Shown: positions 48,774 to 64,000 of the stretch, in pieces | Layout: each line of letters opens with the position of its first letter | Numbering within the stretch: position 1 is the first letter of the stretch | Assembly (NCBI GenBank): GCA_039621445.1 | Contig: CP154954.1 | Location: forward strand, 31,210,012 to 31,274,011 | Length of the DNA stretch: 64,000 nt | DNA from: Euglena gracilis | Taxonomy: Eukaryota | Reading direction: 5' to 3' | Translations under genes and position numbers: made by a program | Notes under the pieces: model-generated | Seen by the model: the letters and a program-made list of their open reading frames with translations, nothing else | What the model was told of the DNA's origin: nothing | Databases searched by the model: none

Positions 48774-51700
48774 GGGGTCACTTGTGGAGTCCAAAAAAAA
48801 GTCCGAACTCGAAAAGTCCGTGTGACTGGCTGGGCGGGTGGGGGGGGGTCTGGGGTGCGGGGAGGTGGGTTTTTTTTTGTTTTTTTTTAAAAAAAACATT
48901 GTTAGAATTAAAAAAGACAACAACAAAAACAACGTCAAAAAAAACAGGCCGACCCACTATGCCTCCCGCTACCTCCAAAGTGGCATACTTCCCCCGTGAC
49001 CCCCCCCCGTGACCCCCCCGTGACCCCCCCCCCCGTGACCCGCACCACCCCCTGGCACATCCTGGGACAGCTGTGGGCCACATTTTGGGGCAGGTTTGAT
49101 ACCCCATCTTGGGGTCAGTTTTGTGTCCCAGCTTGAACAACACCAGCTTGAACAACAGATGGGTCAGGTTTTTTTTGACGTCGGGGCAAAAACCGGGGGA
49201 TAAAAACTGTTTTGCTTTTTTGGCCGGGGGGTGTCCTGTCCAAAACGTTCCATCCAAAACGGTGGCTAGTCAGGGGTCCAAGAACAGGTTTATTTTTTTG
49301 GGTATGTTTGTTGTAGCACCCAGTTTGCGCGACCACAACGTGAAATTTTTCCTAAAAAAGTTACTGAACCCTTCCGGAGACAGAAAAAAATTGTCTTAGG
49401 CGAGCCGAACTAGAATTAAACCTCCAACTTCCGGGAAGAAAACGGAATTAATGCCTGTCGCTTTTAATGCAGACGTATTAAGTGTCTGTCGCTGTTAAAT
49501 GGCGACCTATAGCGAAAGTTACCGCGCTCATCCCGCTGCCCAGGCTTCAAATGGTGGCAGTGGAGTTCAACTTCATAAACACTTCGACGTTGCGTTACCC
49601 CCCCCCCTTATTGTCCCACCGACCTCTCCCCGGGAGGCCCGACCGGACAATAAGGGGGGAGGGACAATAAGGGGTACAATAAAGGAATTTTCATTAACCG
49701 GGCCAAAAAATCCCCCGTCGGCCGGGGCCTAGGGACAATAAGAGGGGGGGGGACAATAAGGGGGGGGGGGGGTTACCTGACGTTACGGAGGACATTTATG
49801 TGGAGTTGGCGGAAGTGGTGGAGACATGGTATACATTCACACAAATGGCCACATAATTGGCAACTTGTTTTTTTTTGGACACTGCTTTTTGTTTTTCTTT
49901 AATTGAACAATGTTTACCATGCCCCCCCCCTACTGTTCCCGTCCCGTGGCCCCCTTTTGGGTCCATGGGAACAGTAAGGGGGAACAGTAAGGGGGGGGAC
50001 GAGCTCCCCCCCCCCCTTACTGTTCCCATGGGCCATGAACCAACCAACCAAGTTAGACCCAAAAGGCCACCTAAAATGCCAAAATGAAGCTTTTTTGGTT
50101 TACATGCTTGAAAATTGCACCTCCACAACATCCATTTTGGCATTAGGTTGGATTTTGGTGGGATGGAAAGCACCTAAAACCGACCACAAAATTCCCCCTT
50201 TTTGCCTTGTGTTCCAAGAATCCTTTACAAAAAGTGCTATGACACTGTACTGTTCCCGTCCCCCCAATGGGAACAGTAAGGGGGGGGAACAGTAAAGGGG
50301 GGGGCATGGTATTCAAAAAAAAACCTTTTTAAATGCATATTCTCAATCATTTTTAGCAACTTATGGGAGTTTCTATCAAAAACTTCCCTAAAAAATGAAA
50401 AGATTCATAAAATTACATTTTCTTGCATTTTGGATGTTTTTGACCACTTTTGGGCAGCTTTTGAACTTAGTAGGATTCGAAGCATAGGGGGTTGGTACGC
50501 CGTGGCGAGGGGGGTCCGAATAGGGGGGGGGGGGGGGATAAATGGCGTGGCGAGGGGGGCAGCGACTAGGGGGGGGGGAGGGGTGTACATGGTTTTCCAA
50601 CAAAATTTTCGTTCAAAAAAATCGCGAAAATCGCCAGTGGTGTGGCGAGGGGGTCCGCGAGGGGGGGGGGGGGGGGTTAAATGGCGTGGCGAGGCCCTCG
50701 GAGAGGGGGGGGGGGAGGGGTGTACCAACCCCCCCATGGTTTGGGTGTTTCATAAAGTCTTTTTTTTTCAATGAAACTTCCCTTTTGTTTTTGTTCTTTT
50801 GGTGTGTTTTGCTGTTTTTTTTTCTTCAATAAAAAACACATTGTTGTTTTTTTTAAAAAAAATTTAAAAAACGCCAACTATGGATGGCCACACTTTACAT
50901 TAGCTTCCAAAAATTTTCTCTGCAGCAACTCTAGGGTACAAGCAACCTCTTCCCAAAGCCTTCCTGGGGGGTTGGTACGCCGTGGCGAGGGGGTCCGAAT
51001 AGGGGGGGGGGAGGGGGGTAAATGGCGTGGCGAGGGGGTCGGCGAGCAGGGGGGGGGGGCGTAGCATGGTTTCCAACAAAATTTTCGTTCAAAAAATCGC
51101 GAAAATCCCCGGTGGCGTGGCAAGGGGGTCCGGCTAGGGGGGGGGTAAATGGCGTGGCAAGGCCCTCAGAGAGGGCCCCCCTAAAACAACATTTTGTGTT
51201 CACTTTGGGCTGGGGAAAAAAAACAGCTTTGCGATCACTGTGCATCATGGAAAGCCAGAGGCAACAGCAATGCGGGACGCACTGCTTTTCAAAAACATTT
51301 GGGGCTCTGCAGTTACCTTCAAAAAATTTAATAAAAAAACAGAAAGGGTTTGGGGGGTTTTTTGTGATTATTTTTTAAAAAAGACAAAAAAAGCCATTCA
51401 TGAAAAATGCTTTTGCCAGAAGAAATTGTTGCTTTTCAAGGAACCTCACCAACCTGTTGCAAATGATTTCCCAACATTCAAAAAAAGCTGTGTGGTTCAT
51501 CACCAGTCACACATCGATCTGGTTGACGAACGTGCAATATCGTTCACTCAAAATCCTGTATCAGACCTCTCTATTTTGTGAAACCCGACAAAAAACAAAA
51601 CCCTGTTTTCCGGGGGTTTTCATTCTAAAAGATGTGGCCCAGATGGCATTACCCCCCTCCCCTTCATTGGCCAAAAAAGGAGGTGCCGCCCACCAAGAGG

Positions 51701-52732
51701 CGGTGTTAATACAACCAATTTACCCTTAAAATGTTTTGCATCTGACTTCACAACCCAATAGCAAATAAGGAGTGCATAGAGGCAAGGTTGACGGCTTGTT
51801 TTTTTTGAAAAAAACAACATTTTTTTTAAAAAAATATGTTTTTTTTAAAAAAAAACGCATGGAGGGTTTGGGGGAAAATTTTTTGCAATTTTTTTTTCAG
51901 AAGAAAGTTCACGTTTATCTCTGCGGCACTCATTTTTTTGTTGTTTTTTTGGGGTTGAAAGGATGATTTTTCGCACCAGAAAACATAGATTTGGAAATAC
52001 TTTCACACATAAAAAAATTAGAGGGCCGGTGATGCCTTATTTGGCAAAATATTCAGGTAGATTCCTAATTTTGAGGCATAAATTTTGCAAAATTTGGAAT
52101 GGTGATGCCTAATTTGGTGTCAAAATGCTAATTTTAGGTTGGATTCCAAATTTGGAGCCTAACAGGGATTTTTTCCCCAAAATTTCGTTTTCGGTGATTC
52201 CTAATTTGACCACCGAAAATGTGATGTTCCCCCGTGACCCCCCCCCCGTTACCCCCTCGTGACCCCCCCCGGTCAAACCCAAAAATATCCCTTTCAATGT
52301 TTTCAGAGACGTACCCCTTCCTGAATGCCCAGCAGGAATGTTTTCAGGGTTTCCCCCCCAGGACATTCTGGCCTTGAGAAAAATACCCGAAAATATCCCT
52401 TTTCCCCCTGGATTTTTGCTGGCAACCCTTGCGGGGGACTGCACGGCGCAGCGGCGACGAGCGCCAGCCTGGAGCGCCAACCACGCCGCCAATGCCCCCC
52501 CCCCCAAGGTCACCACACTTGTGAATTTACTCTGAAAACCCTGAGTTCCCCCCCCCGCCCTTGGCCACTGCAGCTGTGACTACGTTTATGACTGTTTGGA
52601 AATTCATTTTGGGGGGGCAGGTGCCATAGGTGTAGAAGTGGGGGGTGGGGGGGGGGGGGGGCGGCCGCCCCCCCCCCCGAGATTTTGGAAAGACAATTTT
52701 TTTTTGCAATGTCACGCTTTCGCTTTGTAGGG

Positions 52733-57681
<4,949 letters not shown>

Positions 57682-58870
57682 AAGCCTTTGTTGCATCTTC
57701 CGCATTTTGTTGTTTGCGGAGAGTGAGAAGGGGAATTGGAATGAAATTTCAAAGTGTATTATGCTCAACACCCGTTTCGGTCCGAATCTCGCCCCCCCCC
57801 AAGAAAAAATTACTTCTACACCCCTGGCAGGGGCCCCCGAACGCCCCCCCCCCCGGGTCCAAGTCACCGAATGTATACCTTTTTGGGTGGCGTTTCACTG
57901 CAAACAAACGACTTGCCCCCCCCGCCAACGGCATCGTGCACGCATCTGTCCGTCCTCAAGCTCTCCTACGGCGTTCTCCGAACGCGATTGGGTCCAGAGA
58001 AGGCCCACGTTCAGGCCTCCCCCGCCCCCCTGAAGAAGACGTGCATTCTTTAACCACTGCCCCCCCCCTGGGGCTGGGGCTGGGGGGGGAAACTGGCGCC
58101 CTGGGCATACGTTTTCGCCGTGCAGCGCCCAAAATTTTTGAAAACTGCCCGATTTTTTGGGGGGGTCTGCCCCCCCCCTGGGGGGTGCCTCCCTGGGTAG
58201 GTGGGGGGTGCCTTCTTGCCCCCCCCCCGTTCCCCTGCTTCTTCGGGGGGGGCCTGAAGCCAAACTCAGCTTCCTGAGCCGGGAGCTGCATTGAGTTTGG
58301 TGCGATAATGTGCGGGTGCCGGGCAGTCGCACAGCAGATGCAGCTGCAGTCGTAGATTCACGAGGGGGCTCTCCGGGGGGGGGGGGGGCAACCGACACGT
58401 GGCCCACAAACAAACAAAAAAGAAAACCAATCGAGACAGACTGAGGAACCGTCCAACCCACAGTGTTTCTATGTTGCCCACAGAAAACAGGAATCGAGAC
58501 AGACTGAGGAACCGTCCCACCCACAGCGTTTCTATGTTGCCCACAGAAAACAGGAATTGCAGACATCTTTTTTTCAGAACATCCCCTCAGTGGATCCACG
58601 TGTGCAACACAGGCTGTGCCGAAAAACACAGCCGGGCCGGGCTGAAGCAGGGGGGGGGGTTACAGTAGATCGCTGTCGTCGGCATCCCACTCGTTGACGT
58701 CGCGGTTCTGTGATTTGCCTTGACAACATAAAAAGGGTCAAAAGGGTCAAAGTAAGGCAACTTTTACTTTTTTTTTGGGTTCCCAAAAAAAGTGATTCGG
58801 TTGTTCCTCAGCAAAACATAAGGCATCTGCTGCCCTTTTTTTTGGTTGCTGAAAAGCGAGGGGCCGTTGA

Positions 58871-59691
58871 TAAGGTTGGACGATTAATCTTAATCGACGG
58901 CACCGAACGATTAATGCCGATTAATCGGGGGGGTGGCGAACAATTACCGAACGATTAATGCCCCCTTTGGGTTCCTAGCATTATGATGACCAACAAACAC
59001 TTCATTGCCCTTGAAAAATAATGTTTTTCCTTAAAAATAATTTTTTTACGGGATCCCTTTCTTTTTGGCACGTGCATTCTCACCAACATCTGACCTTTCT
59101 TCCTGGACATCAGCCGACAGGGCTAAGCTGAACACCGCTTCACCTCACACTGCCTTCCCTTACTGAAAAAAATGGGTCATGAGGATGATATTTTGCCACA
59201 GTTGAAACGGGAGGTGGGGCAATGGGTGACCCAAAATGGCCCTCTGGCCATCACTGCTTCTGAAGCACCAAGGCTGAAAATTGCAACTGCAACTTTGGCC
59301 AAAACCGGCACATGCAAAGCAACTCCCTCCCAAAATTGCACAGGCTGAGGAAGTGGCCGTGTTGAGCGCAGTTTTTCTCACCAGAGTCTCCTGCATAGCG
59401 ACTTGCGCGCTAAGCTGGATGACTCTTCCATCTGTGCTCTGATGTCTGTGCGTATGAGTATATCCCGTTTGTTTCCTAACGGGTCTCCCCCAAAAGAAAG
59501 CAACGCGCAGTGACATTCCTGTGAGATAGAGCCTCCAAAATTATCACTCCCAAGTGTTTTCCTGCACTGCCTTTTCAATGGTTTCTTTGGGAAGACCGAT
59601 TATTTCGATTAATCACCCCCTGGCCGAATGAACGATTAATCAAGGGGTGGCGAACGATTAATCAAAAAATCGATTAATCGAAACAACCTTA
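58871..59691. mobile_element. hAT-type MITE (CGATTAATCG family)
   Basis: TIR TAAGGTTG/CAACCTTA; TSD GCCGTTGA/GCCGTTGG. Confidence 0.8.
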
Positions 59692-60499
59692 GCCGTTGGA
59701 AGGAAGACTGGGGAATGAAACCCGTTCCTGGGGAAGAAAGGACTGCCTCTTCGGCGTCGGCGACTTGCGAACTGCTGGTTCACGATTGCGCAGGACACTG
59801 CGCCCGTTACCCATGCCGGCCTTCACTAAGTTGGGCCGACCGCGGGCAGTTGCCCCCCCGGGTCCGTCGTGCACACGACGTGCACGTGCCCCATGTCTTT
59901 TTCCATACTGTCGAAAATCCGTCTTTTTGATTTTCGACGACGGTTTTAAACCGATTTAAAACGATGTTTTAAACGACTGATAAAAGACGAGGCCCACACT
60001 GCCCTTGACCCGAACCATCCCCGAAAATTTTTCTGCAAAAAATGGCCATTTCGCAAGGAAAAAGGTCAATTTTTGCTTTTTCAAAAAAACATGTTTTTTT
60101 GCGTGTTTTTTTTAAAAAATGCTTTTTTGTTTTTTTAAAAAAAACAAAAAAAAATGTCAACCCTGCATAAGAGGTTCGGCACGTTTGACGAGGACCCTCG
60201 GCCACCAAGGGGGGGGGGGTACCCATTTTGCCGTGCCGAGGGGGTCGGACCCCCAGGGGGGGAGGGTCCAACGCGGCGGAGAGCCGAAATTTCCCAAAGG
60301 AAATTTTTTCATTGGTATGGTTCGGCCGTGCCGAGGGGGTCGGCCGACCACGGGGGGGTAGGATTGCTATTTTTCCGGAAAAATATAATTTTATTTTTCC
60401 GATGGAAAAATTGTGGGAAAATTGCGGAAAAATTGGAAATATTGCCGATATTTTTCCATCATATGAAAATTGACCCGGAATGGGAAACAACCATCAGCC

Positions 60500-61632
60500 A
60501 TTCAAAGGCAAAGAAAAGTGAATCAAATGGCAGTCGCGGCAATGTGATGCCAGCAACGTAATAGGTAAGGGTTGCAATGCAACGTGATTCACACGGATAT
60601 ATACCTCACGCACCAGCTTTTCAAAAGCAATCCGAGGTCTACCATCGGATAAAAAATCCGGGGGGTGTTCCCCCCGCATCCCCCCCCCGCGTCCCCCCCC
60701 CTCGCGTCCCCCCCCCGCGTCCCGGATTTTGGCCGGGCACGTTTTTTGGTTGACCAAAGGAAAATTACATGCAAATTTGGGTGACGCCAAAGAAAATGTG
60801 TGGGGACAGTTGGGCCACAGTTCCCCCCCCCCGCGTTCCCCCCGGGTTCCCCTGCCACGTCCCCCCCCCCCCCCCCGTCCCGAACACCCCCCCCCCGCTG
60901 TACGGAATGCTCTCTCCACCGATGCTTGAGAAGCCGGAATCCAAGCCAGCTTTTTTCCTAGTCTTGATATGTTATGAACGGCATCATTCTCATTTATTGT
61001 AAAATATTTTCTCAGAAATCCATACAAGCCTTAACTCAGGTGTTGGGGGTGTGGGTGGGGGGAGATGTGGGTGTGGTGGGGGGGACGTGGGTGTGTGGGG
61101 GGGGGTGGGGGGCTGGGGGGGTGGGGGGGGAGGGTTTGGGGGGAGGAGGGGGGGTCTGGGGGGGGGGAGGGCGGGGGGGGGGGGGGGTGTGGGGGGTGTG
61201 GGGGTGGGGGGATGTGCGGGTGTAGGGGGGGGGGGTGGGGTGGGGGGCGTTGGAGGGAACATGGTGGGTTTTTCGATTTTATTTGAGAATTGTGCCTTGT
61301 GGAAAGGGTGACAGTCAAAATGACTATCTTTGAAGTGGCCTGGACTTGAGCCGAGCCGGGCTAGGCCGAAATCGGCTAACTACACCAAAAATGGCTTGCA
61401 AAATGCAGTTTCCAAAAAAAATGAGGATTTGGCAACCCTCCAAAAAATGTCCAAAAAAACCACCAAAGCAGCATTTTGGGCCAGTTAAAGAGATATGTGG
61501 CCGGACTGCATTGCTGTTGCCAATCGCAATACACACATCGTGCAACAATCGCATCCTTCATATCAACAATGCCACCTTCTTTGTTCAATGGCACAAAATG
61601 TGTCCAAATTCCAACCTTCCTTCCACGGCCCA
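60500..61632 (-). pseudogene. Internally deleted second hAT transposase remnant (BED finger plus C-terminal dimerisation motif)
   Basis: MGRGRKVGIWTHF...ARCVYCDW (BED-like, 61632-61480); IPASQASVERAFRT[MITE]ADFLSDGRPRIAFEKLVREVYIRVN (~60950-60585). Confidence 0.7.
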
Positions 61633-62386
61633 TGACAAAAAACACCACTGCAAAAAGAAAAAAATATTTTTTCTATTTTTCCTATTGGAAAAATAAAATA
61701 TATTTTTCATGGAAAAATTGCGGAAATTTTTCCTGGAAATTTTTCCTGGAAATATTTCAGCAATCCTACGGGGGGGGTACCCATTTTGCCGTGCCGAGGG
61801 GGTCCGACCCCCGGGGGGGGGAGGTATGCCGAACCTCCATAGAGGTCTGGTCTGCTCCTTGCAGTCTTTTCCATCCACTCAGAAAAACGCCACCAGTCTC
61901 ACACAGAAGTGCCCACGGGGGCTCAACAAAAATGTCCATGCGGGCCTAAATTTCTCGTCCATTAGGATCAATAATTGTGTCCAGGGGGGTTCTCCGGAAC
62001 GTGTCCGCGAGGGACAACAAAGTCCAGGAGGGATCTTCATTTTGTCCAAAATTCCCTGCTAGGGGGTGTATGGGACGCGGGGGGGGGAGGACGGGGGGAG
62101 ACGCCCCTTAGAGACCGAATTTTTTTCCATCGCCGAACAAGGTGCCTGCAAGGTGCAAAAAAATGTTTGTAGACAAAGGGCCAGTTGTGGATAGTCCTGG
62201 TTTGGTTAGGAGTATGTACAAATACAGCAAGCGCGAGTAAGCGAGCGAACGCTTGAGCAAAGCTCAAGGTTGGGGGTTTGGGGAGTATAGGTTTATGTGT
62301 GATGGTCTAGAGGACCAGTGTGAAAGGGAGAGGAGGGGAAAAAGAGAGGGGGGGGGGTGTGAGGGCACCGGCGTCAGGGTGAATTA

Positions 62387-62915
62387 TCACGTAGATAAAA
62401 GCATCCGGTCTGTGGCTCTTTCGGCCAGGCGCAGTTGGCGGGCAACTGCCCGGGCGAGTATGATAGATAGATTCTCTGTCAGTTCCTGGAGCCGGCGTTG
62501 TTTGACAATGCCGGCGAAAGCGTTTGTAGCCATGTGGAGGATTTCACGGAGGAGCTTGGCAGCGGCAGGGCCAGGACAGCCCCACGGGTTGAAAGTCACA
62601 CCGGAGTAAGTCCCACTGATGCCGCGAACATCTGTCCTCTGCCTGGTTCCTTTTATGCAGCTCAGCATCGGGCAAAGTGCGTGAGACACGGGTGAGATTC
62701 AGAGGCCACTGGGAGGGGGGCCAGAGGGTGTTCGATGGAAACGTCTACGGCAAGGTGCCGTCCTTTGTTCCGGCCGAGCAGTGGGAGGTCGGCATCGCGA
62801 GTGCCAGATTCGCAGCTCTGCTCCTTGCGAACAGAATCGCCTGCTCGCTGGCAGAGATCGACGATGGCGTCCCGGAGGCAGTTATGTCTTTCGGTGACGC
62901 CGTTCTTGCGGCCTA
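62387..62915 (-). pseudogene. 5'-truncated second CRE-like RLE fragment
   Basis: ERHNCLRD...RKEQ...RDADL...LAVDVS...[frameshift]...FNPWGCPGPAAAKLL...LSIILARAVARQL. Confidence 0.75.
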
Positions 62916-63437
62916 ATGATTGTACCGGGTTTTCACCTTCCCCTTACATCCTCCATCACGGTGGGTAGCACAGCTTCACCCAAACCGTGCCCCGGGCCCA
63001 GGGAAACGTCTCTTTTGGCCCTCGCCACAAGAGGAACCCCCTTGTGACTCCCTGTGCCGCCACAGGTCGCGGGTAGCTTATACTGTGGGAGTAATGTACA
63101 AAAGAGTGTTGTCAGGGTGCGGAGGTTGGTTAGCGGAAGATGAGCAAAGGTCACCTTCAATAAATATTGGGCGGGGAGGGGGGCGTTTGTACCTCTTTTG
63201 CCACAGGATGGCGTGTTTGTGTCGGGTTTTTTGGCTTTTGTTGTGTTCTGCTTCTCTGCGCGTCTATGTGACCCATTGATTTGTCTTTGGCTCGGCGTGT
63301 GGCTCTGCTCAAGGGGTAACTAGGGGTTACTGAGTTGTGTCTTCTTTGCTCATTTTGTAATCTGACCTTGGGGTGCTAACATAGTAGGTGAGAGTTCAAG
63401 GTTGGTTATTTGGTTGAGAGTTTGTGCTCAAAGGCCT

Positions 63438-64000
63438 TCAGACAGAATATGGTGAGTGGGCGGAAGACAGGGTGATCTCATCTTTGGAAGAATACAAGCT
63501 CCAAACGAGCTGTCTACTGATTTCTCTGATAAGTGTGAAGGACAGGCCTTGCCAAATGTCTGCTTCTGCGGCCCGCCGTTGCCACCCTTCCCGCTGCCCC
63601 AGAAGGGCCTTGAGGAGGGTGGCCATCAAGGAGCGCGCTTCTTGTCCCATGCCCCCGTAGCAATCCATGACGAATGGCATCAACCGCCAGCCCAGTCGTT
63701 GGCATGTTGCATCATATTTGGTATGCTTTTCAGCCTCCTGACGTGTTTGCCATTGTGAAAGGCTCTCTGCACTTCGGAGCGGATGACTTTGCGCAAGGGT
63801 GTGGCGGATTGTCACATCCACTGCAACGGGTCCATCACTGTCCAAGCGAGGAATGAAGATGTCCCCAGGCCGGGAACGGTCATCAACTCGTTGTTCTTTA
63901 CGGGCTGTGAATCCTGCCTTCTGTGTTGTGGTTGTCAGAAAGTCTTGGACAGCCCCGTGCCGCCGGGTGATGAAGTTTGATTTGCAGCAAACGAGGTGGT
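63438..64000 (-). CDS. C-terminus of a CRE-like non-LTR retrotransposon ORF (restriction-like endonuclease); runs off the window edge
   Basis: Open frame: HLVCC...RRHGAVQD...KEQ...RPGDIFIP...VAVDVT...EKHTKY...C...PFVMDCYGGMG...LSFTLIR. Confidence 0.85.
   Translation of the reverse strand, partial: HLVCCKSNFITRRHGAVQDFLTTTTQKAGFTARKEQRVDDRSRPGDIFIPRLDSDGPVAVDVTIRHTLAQSHPLRSAESLSQWQTRQEAEKHTKYDATCQRLGWRLMPFVMDCYGGMGQEARSLMATLLKALLGQREGWQRRAAEADIWQGLSFTLIREISRQLVWSLYSSKDEITLSSAHSPYSV

Noticed and set aside
61040-61260. G-rich tract with quadruplex potential, and Pro/Gly-rich ORFs
   Set aside because: G/C homopolymers occur throughout the local MITEs and are error-prone; there is no specific evidence of function.
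61335-61487. Possible nonconventional intron in the BED-finger remnant
   Set aside because: Only weak CTGG/CCAG pairing, and no in-frame 3+5 join was found.

Overview
Eukaryotic, repeat-dense genomic DNA, most likely from a euglenid (inferred from euglenid-type nonconventional introns mixed with GT-AG introns, and from candidate trans-splice acceptors just upstream of ATGs). Content: (1) a complete 18-exon PPWD1 (WD40 + cyclophilin) gene on the minus strand, 46640-20535, 610 aa in my reconstruction; (2) a downstream multi-exon hypothetical gene whose 13.9-kb intron holds a ~12.9-kb APE-RT-RNaseH non-LTR retrotransposon nested in a hAT MITE; (3) a full-length hAT element, 52625-57826, with TIRs, an 8-bp TSD and a ZMYM1/DUF4371-type transposase; (4) many MITEs, a second hAT remnant, two tandem CRE-like RLE retroelement ends, and microsatellites. 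Main finding: eight reading-frame interruptions (2 in PPWD1, 1 in the downstream gene, 5 in the hAT transposase) fit one rule. The cut falls 3 nt before the left inverted repeat and 5 nt after the right one. 3+5 = 8 = the hAT TSD length, so splicing would remove the element plus exactly one TSD. The youngest case is a MITE with perfect 16-bp TIRs and a 7/8 TSD. This suggests hAT transposons act as scarless intron generators here, including inside a hAT transposase gene. All splicing is inferred from DNA. Homopolymer indels and noisy segments suggest long-read errors.
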